Source of the DNA: Bacilli bacterium | GTDB taxonomy: Bacteria > Bacillota_I > Bacilli_A > RFN20 > CAG-826 | Assembly: GCA_017959905.1 (NCBI GenBank) | Contig: JAGCZS010000005.1 | Span: 88,737-152,736 of the forward strand | Direction: 5' to 3' | DNA length: 64,000 nt | In this document: in pieces, positions 1-11,123 of the stretch | How positions within the stretch are numbered: position 1 is the stretch's first letter | Layout of the letters: every line of letters begins with the position of its first letter | Translations under genes and position numbers: made by a program | The notes under the pieces: model-generated | The model's input: the letters and a program-made list of their open reading frames with translations, nothing else | Databases searched by the model: none | Told to the model about the DNA's origin: nothing

Positions 1-93
1 AACGATTTTAAAAATTCCTGTTCCACTTATTCTGATTATATGTAAGGCGCTTCTAATATTAGAAGGTGTGGCCGAAGCTATAATCGGTTCCAT
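1..93 (-). CDS. mnmE: tRNA modification GTPase MnmE/TrmE, N-terminal fragment; the gene runs off the window start
   Basis: Reverse-strand translation from the ATG at 93..91 reads MEPIIASATPSNIRSALHIIRISGTGIFKIV, a typical MnmE N-terminus. It sits immediately downstream of jag, as in the Bacillus origin region. Confidence 0.6.
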   Translation of the reverse strand, partial: MEPIIASATPSNIRSALHIIRISGTGIFKIV

Positions 94-95
94 TT

Positions 96-986
96 TTATT
101 TAGCGTCGTTACTATCGTTACTATTGCTGCTATTTGTGTCAATTTTATCTTGTTTATTAGCGTCTTCAGAACTATCTTTGTTCAAAAAAGATAAATTAGT
201 AAAAATATTTATACCCTCAGTACTATACGACGAATGTTTAGGAGATTTTTTGTTATTGTCGTTATAAAAATTATTAAATGAATTATCGCTATAACGTTGA
301 AATTCATTTTTATAATATTTTTTATTATTTTTGTCATTATTTACTGAATTGGTTACTTCTTTATAATCGTGCACTAGTTCATCGCTTTTATTTTGGCCTG
401 TATAACGTAAAATTATATAACGCTCGTTTTCGTTATCACCAACAGATTCAGTTGATATGCCATTGAAATCTTTTAAAGCTGTGTGCACAACTCTTCTTGC
501 TTCACTTGTCATATGATCCAATTTAATATCAAAACGTTTTTCAACGGCGGCTCTAGCTGATTTTCGAGCGAGATTTATTATATGTGAAAATTGTTTGTTT
601 TTATAATATCCAATATCTAAAAAAATACGGAATTTTCTTTTAAATTTATTGGAAATCGACAATCTTAACAATATACTAAAAGCTTTTAAAGTTTTTCCGT
701 TACCGCCTATTAAAATAGAATTTCTATCGCTTTCAATAGCAAAATTAATACTTTTATTTTCGTTATCAATAACAAAATTTACTTCGGCATCTATATTTAA
801 AGATCGTATACCGTCTTGCAAATATTTTTTACCATACTCCGCTACATCTTCTAAATAATAAGTCTCTAAAAAACATTCTTTAGCGTCTTTAGGACTGCTG
901 ACAACATAATAAAAATTGTCACCTAACTCTTTTTTAGCTTCTAGCAAAATATCATTTACACTAGTTCCTTTAAATGTTTTAATCAT
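96..986 (-). CDS. jag: Jag/KhpB RNA-binding protein (KH + R3H domains) with an N/S/D-rich low-complexity C-terminal tail
   Basis: 296-aa ORF. A central GGNGKTLKAF region and an R3H-like C-terminal half (TSEARRVVHTALKDFNGISTESVG) are present. It follows yidC as in Firmicutes. The last ~70 aa are N/S/D/K-rich. Confidence 0.6.
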   Translation of the reverse strand: MIKTFKGTSVNDILLEAKKELGDNFYYVVSSPKDAKECFLETYYLEDVAEYGKKYLQDGIRSLNIDAEVNFVIDNENKSINFAIESDRNSILIGGNGKTLKAFSILLRLSISNKFKRKFRIFLDIGYYKNKQFSHIINLARKSARAAVEKRFDIKLDHMTSEARRVVHTALKDFNGISTESVGDNENERYIILRYTGQNKSDELVHDYKEVTNSVNNDKNNKKYYKNEFQRYSDNSFNNFYNDNNKKSPKHSSYSTEGINIFTNLSFLNKDSSEDANKQDKIDTNSSNSNDSNDAK

Positions 987-2467
987 TATTTTTTACACTC
1001 CTCAATGATTTTATTTTTATAAATACAATAAATTATCAGCATCTGAATAGTATTAAAAATGGTTATCAACATAAAACACAAATTAATAATAATTGGTATA
1101 AAAATGATAGATAATAATATTAAAAAATAAAGAAAATGTTTTTTATTACTTGCAGTATCGTTATCATCAGTATAAGATCTTTTAATAAAATCCGGTAATT
1201 TTAACGTTATCACTTGCGTAACGGCTCTAAGACACAACAAAATAATAGCAGCTAAATACCCATTTTTATTATCAAAATGAATAATAAAATGACGCAAATT
1301 GGTAACATTAAAAATTACTTTAAATAACGAATCGTTTAAATACAGATGAAATAATGGTTCCGACATGACAGCGCTATTTTGAATAGAACGAAAAAAAATA
1401 AAAAAAATTAAAATCTGAAGTATATTACCTATAATAGAGAAATTAATTCCGTATTTATTATATAACATTTTTTTTTCATATTCTACAAAACGTTTTTTAA
1501 AAGTTTCATCCTTAAAATTTGCATATTTTTCATTTATTGCTTTTACCTTAGATTGCAAAGCCATTCTTTTTTGTCTATTTATTTCATCATTCAAAAAAAA
1601 TAGTAATAACATAAGTTTCATTAAAAACGCAATTAAAACAAAAGCCAATATTCGGCCTAAATTTTTATTTTCAAAATAGTCGACTGTTTTTTCGATATAA
1701 ACACATATGGGAAATACAAAAATAGTTTCAATAACCCCTATTTTTTTGGCCATGTCCAACGTTTTTGGCTCTAAAAAAATTTTCTTATGATTTGACGTAA
1801 AATCGCCATATTCTTTTTCTTGAATATTGACAAAAGCTGTATGTCGTCGAAATAGTAATAATAACTTTTGCTTATATAAATTAACAAAATCAACATTAGG
1901 ACATTTTTCAATCCCCAATTTTCTTTTTAAAATAGCATTAAACTTATCAAAACATTCAAAGACACTATCGTCGCCCATTTTATATGAAAAAAATTTTAAA
2001 TATCCAAAACAATTTAAACTAGAAACAATATCGCTAACGGTAAATTCGTCCGTAATAATATAATTATTTTTCGCATTATTTAACAATAACGTTGGACCGA
2101 TATAAGATTTCCAAGCGGATTGAAGAACTAATTCATCAAGTTCTTCCCAAAAAATATCGGACGGCAAAACAATATTTTGTTTTTCAGCTTCGTCTAATAC
2201 GTTTAAAAGAAATGAATTTTTTTCGTTTTTATAATTTACATCGTAATTTATCCATTTCCAGATGTTTTTATTGATTTTTACTGCATTCTTCCTTAAATGG
2301 GCTTGTTGTTGCGTTCCGTATGAGGTTATTCCAGAATCATAAGCAAATAAAACATTCGCTCTATCTTTATTAGTTGCAAAATTGCCATTTCCACGTAAGA
2401 CAAAAAGAACGAAAAGAAAAAAGAATATTATAAAAAATATTTTTTCAAGATCAAATATATTAAACAT
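986..2467 (-). CDS. yidC: Membrane protein insertase YidC/Oxa1 with an extended ~270-aa N-terminal extracytoplasmic region
   Basis: 493-aa ORF. The C-terminal half carries the YidC core (RQKRMALQSKVKAINEKYANFKD...KKMLYNKYGINFSIIGNILQILIFFIFFRSIQ) and multiple TM helices. It lies between rnpA and jag. Confidence 0.75.
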   Translation of the reverse strand: MFNIFDLEKIFFIIFFFLFVLFVLRGNGNFATNKDRANVLFAYDSGITSYGTQQQAHLRKNAVKINKNIWKWINYDVNYKNEKNSFLLNVLDEAEKQNIVLPSDIFWEELDELVLQSAWKSYIGPTLLLNNAKNNYIITDEFTVSDIVSSLNCFGYLKFFSYKMGDDSVFECFDKFNAILKRKLGIEKCPNVDFVNLYKQKLLLLFRRHTAFVNIQEKEYGDFTSNHKKIFLEPKTLDMAKKIGVIETIFVFPICVYIEKTVDYFENKNLGRILAFVLIAFLMKLMLLLFFLNDEINRQKRMALQSKVKAINEKYANFKDETFKKRFVEYEKKMLYNKYGINFSIIGNILQILIFFIFFRSIQNSAVMSEPLFHLYLNDSLFKVIFNVTNLRHFIIHFDNKNGYLAAIILLCLRAVTQVITLKLPDFIKRSYTDDNDTASNKKHFLYFLILLSIIFIPIIINLCFMLITIFNTIQMLIIYCIYKNKIIEECKK

Positions 2468-2789
2468 TTAATTTCTCCAGGTTTTTTTTTAACATTTTTA
2501 AAGTTGAATGAAAATTTATAATCTGTTTTTTTACAAAAAAAATTATATCAATGTTATTTTCTTTGTTAAAATCAATAATTTCATTTGCCATAGCTTTAAT
2601 TTGTCTTTTAATTTTATTTCTAATAACAGATCCTTTAATTTTTGACGATATACTTATTCCGATGCGAACGTGTTTTGCATCTTTATTAATCATATAAAAA
2701 ATTAACACGTTGTCACATCTTAAAATATTTTGTTTTGAGATAATTCTTTTAAAATCTTTATTTTTTTTTATACGAAATTTTTTTTTCAT
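2460..2789 (-). CDS. rnpA: RNase P protein component
   Basis: 109-aa basic protein (KKNKDFKRIISKQ..., VRIGISISSKIKGSVIRNKIKRQIK) immediately downstream of rpmH. Confidence 0.8.
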   Translation of the reverse strand: MKKKFRIKKNKDFKRIISKQNILRCDNVLIFYMINKDAKHVRIGISISSKIKGSVIRNKIKRQIKAMANEIIDFNKENNIDIIFFVKKQIINFHSTLKMLKKNLEKLNV

Positions 2790-2866
2790 ATATCAGACGC
2801 TAATCTCTTTTGAATTTAAAACATTAAATAAAGATTAAAATTTTTTAAATTCTATAAAATAAAAAT

Positions 2867-3001
2867 TTAAGCAGATAACACCTTTCTTTTTTTTGCTCGG
2901 CGCCTTTTTATCATGTTACGACCATTATGTGTAGACATGCGTTTACGAAAACCTAATTGCCTTTTTCGTTTTTTTTTACTTGGTTGATAAGTTCTTTTCA
3001 T
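2867..3001 (-). CDS. rpmH: 50S ribosomal protein L34
   Basis: Not in the ORF track (too short). Reverse translation from the ATG at 3001 gives [44 protein letters not shown] (44 aa), the canonical L34 sequence, divergent from dnaA. Confidence 0.9.
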   Translation of the reverse strand: MKRTYQPSKKKRKRQLGFRKRMSTHNGRNMIKRRRAKKRKVLSA

Positions 3002-3208
3002 TTTTAAATATTCTTAATTTAATTTGTTTATTTATTTCACTATCCAGCTTACTTATAATTAATAAATTATAATATAAATAATTGATAAATGATAATACTT
3101 CTATTAAATTTTATCCGTTTTTTTGAAGCTAAACATATCTTTACGTTATTTTTTTACTTTATTTTTCTATAATCTATAATTATTTAAATAAATAACATTA
3201 ATAGTAAT

Positions 3209-4792
3209 ATGCACGACTTTATTAATACAAATAACAATAACGAAGAAAACGGAAAAATATGGCGTTTAGTTTTAGAAAAAGCTAAAAAACATAATAATTT
3301 ACTTAGTTTTTTATTAAAAAATTCCAAAATCTTAAAAATACAAAATTCTCAAATATCTGTTATTGTCGAAACGAAAATAGCCAAACAAATTTTAACAACA
3401 GATTACTATGATGATATAAGTAATTTAATTAATGAAGTTTTAAATTTAAATAACGAAAGTTCAAAAAAAACAACATTCAAAATCTTTTTTTTAACAAACG
3501 ATGAAATTCCAAAAAAACAGGAAACAGATGAAAAATTACCTGCCAAAAAAAATATAAAATTGTTCGAAGATGTTTGTTTAAACAAAAATTACACATTTGA
3601 TAATTTTATAGTTGGACCATTTAACAAAGACGCATACAAAGCAGCTTTGTTAATAATTCAAAAAAAAGTAACACAATTTAATAATCCATTATTTATTTAT
3701 TCTGATTCCGGATTAGGAAAAACGCATTTACTAAATGCTATCGGTAACGAAATCCAAAAAAACTCTAATTTAAACATTTTATATACAACGACTAACGATT
3801 TTTTCAATGAATATATTCATATTATTAAAGGAGAACGTGAAGAAAATCAAATAATGGATTTTTTTAAAAATATAGACGTTTTATTAATTGACGATATTCA
3901 ATTTTGTTCCAAAAAACCAAAATTTCAAGAACTTTTTTTCAATATATTTTCCACACTTTTAAATAAAAACAAACCAGTAATTATAGCTAGTGATCGACAT
4001 CCAGCAGAAATTATTGATTTAGAAAATCGTTTGATGACGCGCTTTTTGGGCGGATTGACCTTGCCGATAACAACACCCGATTTTAATTCTAATATCGAAA
4101 TTATTAAAAAATATATTAAAAACAATGAAATAAATGAAAAAAATATCGACAACAAAGTGTGTGAATTAATTGCAGAAAAATTTTCAAAAAATATTCGTGA
4201 ATTAAAAGGGGCTATTAATAATTTTATTTTTTTTGGAATGCAAAACTTAAATGGCATAAATGATAATGGAAATATTTTAGAAAACAGTGAAACAAAAAGA
4301 AAAATATCAGAAATTACAAGTATAATCGAAAAATATTTTTCCATACCTAATTTTCAAACGGCTATAAACAAAAAAAAGAAAAGGAACATTATTTTTATAG
4401 AACATATTAGGATTTTTCTAATAAAATCTTTATTGTCTATTTCGTTCAGAGACATTAGCCGAGAAATAAATAAAAAATATACTACCGTTTTTTCAGCGTA
4501 CAAAGATATAAATGATAAAGTAAAAAAAGATAACGAAATAAAAACAACTATTGAAAAATTAAAAAAAATTTTTTTGAAACAAGAACTCCATAGAAATAGA
4601 ACAAACAATGTTTCAGAATTAAGTCAAAAAACAAAAATAATTTACGATAAATTAAAAGAACATATTCCAAAATTAAAACAAAATTTAATTACTAAAACAG
4701 ATTTATGCAAAAAATTTAATATAAGTAAAAACACATTAAACAAATGTATAAAATTTTATAACAAAGAAGAATTCGATAAAATATCGATTTAG
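3209..4792 (+). CDS. dnaA: Chromosomal replication initiator DnaA
   Basis: 527 aa. It has an AAA+ Walker A (IYSDSGLGKTHLLNAIGN), Walker B (LLIDDIQF), sensor motifs and a C-terminal DNA-binding domain. Confidence 0.95.
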   Translation: MHDFINTNNNNEENGKIWRLVLEKAKKHNNLLSFLLKNSKILKIQNSQISVIVETKIAKQILTTDYYDDISNLINEVLNLNNESSKKTTFKIFFLTNDEIPKKQETDEKLPAKKNIKLFEDVCLNKNYTFDNFIVGPFNKDAYKAALLIIQKKVTQFNNPLFIYSDSGLGKTHLLNAIGNEIQKNSNLNILYTTTNDFFNEYIHIIKGEREENQIMDFFKNIDVLLIDDIQFCSKKPKFQELFFNIFSTLLNKNKPVIIASDRHPAEIIDLENRLMTRFLGGLTLPITTPDFNSNIEIIKKYIKNNEINEKNIDNKVCELIAEKFSKNIRELKGAINNFIFFGMQNLNGINDNGNILENSETKRKISEITSIIEKYFSIPNFQTAINKKKKRNIIFIEHIRIFLIKSLLSISFRDISREINKKYTTVFSAYKDINDKVKKDNEIKTTIEKLKKIFLKQELHRNRTNNVSELSQKTKIIYDKLKEHIPKLKQNLITKTDLCKKFNISKNTLNKCIKFYNKEEFDKISI

Positions 4793-4873
4793 TTTTTTTT
4801 TAAAAAAAGATACTTAGTAAGGCGAATTTTTTTGAACAACTTTTTTTCTAAAAACATCGTAAAAATACAATAA

Positions 4874-4996
4874 AAAAATAAAACGGTCATTTTTCGGTGT
4901 TCAATTTTTTATAAAGATCGATCAATAATAATGTTTATTGACTTTTTCTAGGTTGAGTTTTTTATTTTTTACCTGATAAATTCGAAATAAAAAAAT
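4874..4996. repeat. 123-bp direct repeat, copy 1 (perfect match to 5179..5301)
   Basis: Identical string aaaaataaaacggtcatttttcggtgttcaattttttataaagatcgatcaataataatgtttattgactttttctaggttgag...cgaaataaaaaaat at an offset of 305 bp. Confidence 0.9.
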
Positions 4997-5178
4997 AAAA
5001 CATAAAAATTGAACACAAGAAAAAAAATATTTTTTAGTTTTATTTAAATATTTTTTTTTTATTTTATTCGCAAAATTTTCTTCTTTTTTTATTTTTATTT
5101 TTTTTCGTAACAAAAATTACTCAAAATTACGAAAAATAAATTCATTTTTTTAAAGAAATTTTTCAAATATAAAGCCTA

Positions 5179-5301
5179 AAAAATAAAACGGTCATTTTTC
5201 GGTGTTCAATTTTTTATAAAGATCGATCAATAATAATGTTTATTGACTTTTTCTAGGTTGAGTTTTTTATTTTTTACCTGATAAATTCGAAATAAAAAAA
5301 T
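5179..5301. repeat. 123-bp direct repeat, copy 2
   Basis: Perfect copy of 4874..4996. The two copies flank a ~182-bp A/T-run spacer. Confidence 0.9.
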
Positions 5302-5390
5302 CAAAAAAAATACATTAATTTTTTCTTTATTATTATTCTAAATATATTAAAATTAATTAATAAATATTTAGTAAAAACACCTTTAAAAAC

Positions 5391-6566
5391 ATGTTAAATG
5401 ATTTAAACACAAAAAATAACAACTTCTTTTTGAAGATTAAAAAAGATTTTTTTTTAAGAAAGTTGATTCATTTATCAAAAATAGCCGCTCCAAACAAAAT
5501 TAATAACAAATTATCTTTCATAAATATTTTTTCAGACGAAGATGACATTATTTTTTCAGCGACTAATGAAACAACTGAAATTAACATAATTGTAAAAAAA
5601 AATAATGATAATATCTTAGACTTTTCTAATGGAGCAGTATCAATTTCATGTAAAGAATTGATCGAAGTAATAAACACTATACCTAACGAAGTAATCACTA
5701 TTTCAGTTTTTGACAATGTAGTGTTAGAGATAACCGAAAAAACTTCTACCTATCGTCTAAACATTTCCGAAAATAACAATATACAAAAAATAACTTTAGA
5801 AAAAGAAGATTTTTCTTTCAAAATAAAAACAACACAATTAATTAATTTAATAAGTCAAACAACATATATAAACACTATAAAAGACAACATTTCCAATTCT
5901 TTGTTAGTTAATATAGAGAGTTCTGAAAATAATATAATTGCCTCGGTTATTTCAAAATATCGAATGGCCAAAAAACAAATAAAATTAGATAATTACAATT
6001 TCCAAGATAATAAGAATTTTAAAATAGCTATTTCTATAAAAGCTATAAATGATATTCTCAAAATTTTGGACAACAATAAAGAGATAATAAATTTAAATGT
6101 TTCGATTAGTAATAAAAAAATTTTTTTCTACACAAAAGATATAATAATTTCCTTAACTTTATCAAATAGTAATTTTTCAGATATTAAATTAAAAAACGAC
6201 TATTCATCAACACTAACTATAAAAAATCAAAGCTTATCAGAAGAAATTAAAGGTCTTTGTATAATGTCGAATAGAAAGGTAAAAATGGAAGTAACAAAAG
6301 ACATAATAACCTTTTCAACTGATACTGATTCTGAATATTTTGGGAAGCGGATTCTTGAATCTAATTCGAACGATTCAAAAAAATTTATTTTTAATGGTGA
6401 TAAAGTAGAAATAGAATTTGATGGTTTTTTTGTGTTAGAAACTTTAAAAAACTTTAAAACTGACGAAAATGTAAATATTTTTTTTAACGGTTATAATAAA
6501 CCGTTTTTAATTAAAAATTTAGATAACGATAGTTTTCATTTGATAGCTCCTATTATTGCGGTTTAA
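5391..6566 (+). CDS. dnaN: DNA polymerase III beta sliding clamp
   Basis: 391 aa. Position immediately after dnaA, with a three-domain clamp-like size and composition. Confidence 0.8.
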   Translation: MLNDLNTKNNNFFLKIKKDFFLRKLIHLSKIAAPNKINNKLSFINIFSDEDDIIFSATNETTEINIIVKKNNDNILDFSNGAVSISCKELIEVINTIPNEVITISVFDNVVLEITEKTSTYRLNISENNNIQKITLEKEDFSFKIKTTQLINLISQTTYINTIKDNISNSLLVNIESSENNIIASVISKYRMAKKQIKLDNYNFQDNKNFKIAISIKAINDILKILDNNKEIINLNVSISNKKIFFYTKDIIISLTLSNSNFSDIKLKNDYSSTLTIKNQSLSEEIKGLCIMSNRKVKMEVTKDIITFSTDTDSEYFGKRILESNSNDSKKFIFNGDKVEIEFDGFFVLETLKNFKTDENVNIFFNGYNKPFLIKNLDNDSFHLIAPIIAV

Positions 6567-6698
6567 AATTGATTAAATTCAAAAAGTATTATTTAAATCC
6601 AAAAAAATATTATAATTATTAAATAATAGATAATTTTACACTACACGAAAGAAACATATTCGTAATATTCAAACGCAATATTCAAAATAAATAGGTAA

Positions 6699-8630
<1,932 letters not shown>

Positions 8631-8651
8631 ATTATTAAAGGTAGAAAAAAA

Positions 8652-11102
8652 ATGGCAGAATTTCCTGAAATTGAAAACATAAAAGACGTAGAAATATCTG
8701 AACAAGTTAAAAAATTATTTTTAGATTATTCAATGAGTGTGATTGTCGCTAGAGCTATACCAAGCGTTAGCGATGGTTTGAAACCTGTCCAAAGACGAAT
8801 AATATATAGTATGTATTTGTCTGGGCGTACACATGATAAGCCATTTGTAAAATCTGTTCGAGCTGTTGGTGATACACTTGGGCGCTTTCATCCGCATGGT
8901 GATTCTTCAGTTTACGGCGCTATGGTTAGATTAGCGCAGCCTTTTAGTATGCGTTATCCATTAATAGATGGTCATGGTAATTTTGGTAGTTTGGATGGCG
9001 ATGAAGCGGCTGCTTATCGATACACAGAAGTTCGTTTAACAAAGTTATCTTCGCAGTTAGTTCGCGATATCGAATTTGATGTTGTTAAATTTATGAGCAA
9101 CTACGACGGAATGAATCAAGAACCTGTAGAGTTACCAGCAAGATTTCCAAATTTATTAGTTAATGGTTCATCTGGAATAGCTGTCGGTATGGCGACAAAT
9201 ATACCGCCACATAATTTAACCGAAACAATTGATGCAGTTATTGCGTTAGCAAAAAATCCAAATTTGACAATTAATGAAATTATGCAATATTTACACGGTC
9301 CTGATTTTCCAACTGGCGGTATTATTTTAGGAATCGCAGGAATAAAGCGTGCTTATGAAACGGGTACCGGAAGCATTATAATAAGATCAAAATATCATTT
9401 TGAGCAAGACAATAAAAAAAAAGTAATAGTTATTGACGAAATACCATATGGCGTTAATAAAGCAGAATTGGTAAAAAGTATTTCTCTTTTAGCAAAAGAA
9501 ACAATAGACGGAATTACAAAAATAAATGATGAATCTAATATTAAAGGTATAAGAATCGCAATTCATATTAGGGTAGATTGCATTCCGGAAATAATCTTAA
9601 ATAAATTATTTTCTTTAACAAAGTTGCAAACAAGTTTTAGCATAATTTTTTTGTGTTTGAAACACAATATACCAAAAATTATGCCTATAAAAACAATTTT
9701 AAATAGTTATTTAGATCATCAAATAGAAGTTATTACTAAAAGAACACTTTTTTTAAAGAATAGAGATAATCATCGTAAAAATATTATTAACGGTTTATTT
9801 ATAGCAATAAAAAATATAAACAACGTTATAAAAATTATAAGCAGTGGGACGACATTCGAAGAAATTGAACAACAATTATCTAAAACATACAATTTAAGCA
9901 ATGAACAAATTCAAGCTATTTTGTCAATGACTCTTAAACGTTTAAGCGGATTGGAACAAGAAAAATTATTAGAAGAATTATCGGATATAAAAGAACGTTT
10001 GTTAAGCTATGAAAATATTTTGAAAAACAGAGATAACAAAATAAAAGTTATTATTGACGAATTAGAAGAAATAAAACGCGAATTTGGTGATAATAGAAGA
10101 ACAGAAATAACCGATATTAATTGGGAAATTAACGAAGAAGATATGATACCGCAACGTGATATCGTTGTAGCAATTACCGAAAAAGGATATATAAAAAGAA
10201 CAGATTTAGATCTTTTCAGACAACAGAATGTTGGCGGTATCGGTTCTAAAGGAATGAACGTCACAGATGATGATGTAATAAAACTTTTTATTAACGCAAA
10301 CACGCACTCAAATTTATTATTTTTTTCTAGTATTGGAAAAGTTTACCGCATTAAAGGGTATAAAATTCAAGAAGGCAATAAAACATCTAAAGGTATCCCT
10401 GTTCAAAATTTTTTTGATTTAAATAAAGAAAAGCACGAAAAGATAGTTTCCATAGTTAAACAAGATGATACAAAAAATTTAACATTTGTTACAAAGAACG
10501 GGTTGATTAAACAAACAAAATTAAAAGAATATCAGCGTATTAATAAAACAGGTAAAATAGCTATTAAATTAAACGACAACGATGATTTATTTGATGTTAA
10601 ATGCACGGATGGAAATAATCTTATTTGTTTAATAACAAAATACGGAAAGGCAGTTGTTTTTGACAGTCAATCATTAAGAACAACAGCTAGAAACACAAAA
10701 GGCGTTAAAGGCGTGAAACTTTCAAATAAAGATGATGAAGTGATAGGTTTTTGTACATCTTCTGAAGGAACAACAATTCTTGTTATAACAGAAAACGGTT
10801 ATGGAAAAATGACAGATATAGGGAAATACAAAGTAACGCGACGTCCAGCGAGAGGCGTTAAAACGATTAAAATAACAAAAAAAAATGGATTTTTAGTATC
10901 GGCTAAAATTGTTCACGGCAATGAAGATTTAATGGCGATTACAACAAAAGGAACTGTCATTAGAGTGACATTGTCAGATTTAAAATTAATGAATCGTGTT
11001 GCTCAAGGAACAAGATTAATTGATTTAAAAAATTATAAGCAAGCACAAAAAGTATCTTCTGTAACTATTTATTCAGAAGAAAATGATATTTTAAATAATT
11101 AA
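8652..11102 (+). CDS. gyrA: DNA gyrase subunit A
   Basis: 816 aa with the active-site region AAAYRYTEVRL, the QRR-region GDSSVYGAMVRLAQ, and a C-terminal beta-pinwheel repeat domain. Confidence 0.95.
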   Translation: MAEFPEIENIKDVEISEQVKKLFLDYSMSVIVARAIPSVSDGLKPVQRRIIYSMYLSGRTHDKPFVKSVRAVGDTLGRFHPHGDSSVYGAMVRLAQPFSMRYPLIDGHGNFGSLDGDEAAAYRYTEVRLTKLSSQLVRDIEFDVVKFMSNYDGMNQEPVELPARFPNLLVNGSSGIAVGMATNIPPHNLTETIDAVIALAKNPNLTINEIMQYLHGPDFPTGGIILGIAGIKRAYETGTGSIIIRSKYHFEQDNKKKVIVIDEIPYGVNKAELVKSISLLAKETIDGITKINDESNIKGIRIAIHIRVDCIPEIILNKLFSLTKLQTSFSIIFLCLKHNIPKIMPIKTILNSYLDHQIEVITKRTLFLKNRDNHRKNIINGLFIAIKNINNVIKIISSGTTFEEIEQQLSKTYNLSNEQIQAILSMTLKRLSGLEQEKLLEELSDIKERLLSYENILKNRDNKIKVIIDELEEIKREFGDNRRTEITDINWEINEEDMIPQRDIVVAITEKGYIKRTDLDLFRQQNVGGIGSKGMNVTDDDVIKLFINANTHSNLLFFSSIGKVYRIKGYKIQEGNKTSKGIPVQNFFDLNKEKHEKIVSIVKQDDTKNLTFVTKNGLIKQTKLKEYQRINKTGKIAIKLNDNDDLFDVKCTDGNNLICLITKYGKAVVFDSQSLRTTARNTKGVKGVKLSNKDDEVIGFCTSSEGTTILVITENGYGKMTDIGKYKVTRRPARGVKTIKITKKNGFLVSAKIVHGNEDLMAITTKGTVIRVTLSDLKLMNRVAQGTRLIDLKNYKQAQKVSSVTIYSEENDILNN

Positions 11103-11123
11103 TTTTATTTTTTTGTAATAAAA

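Larger units (their letters stand above)
4793..5390. promoter_or_regulatory. Candidate oriC: extremely AT-rich dnaA-dnaN intergenic region containing two perfect 123-bp direct repeats around an A/T-run DNA-unwinding element
   Basis: Classic oriC position between dnaA and dnaN. There are long A/T homopolymer runs, and genes diverge in orientation around dnaA. I could not find canonical TTATCCACA boxes by eye. Confidence 0.55.

Noticed and set aside
278-466. Dozens of 60-140 aa ORFs in the six-frame track that lie inside or antisense to large conserved genes (for example 278..466, 3925..4344, 7958..8185, 10007..10303, 13472..13828, 27647..27862, 37880..38068, 57677..58078, 60691..60894).
   Set aside because: In a ~20% GC genome, stop codons are rare in several frames, so long spurious ORFs are expected. 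Each overlaps a well-supported housekeeping CDS, has low-complexity I/F/L/K-rich composition and has no motif. Treated as noise.
4793-5390. Canonical DnaA boxes (TTATCCACA or its complement TGTGGATAA).
   Set aside because: No exact or 1-mismatch copies are visible by eye in the dnaA-dnaN spacer or upstream of dnaA. Only weak candidates exist (ttatccgtt at 3111), so no boxes are annotated as features.
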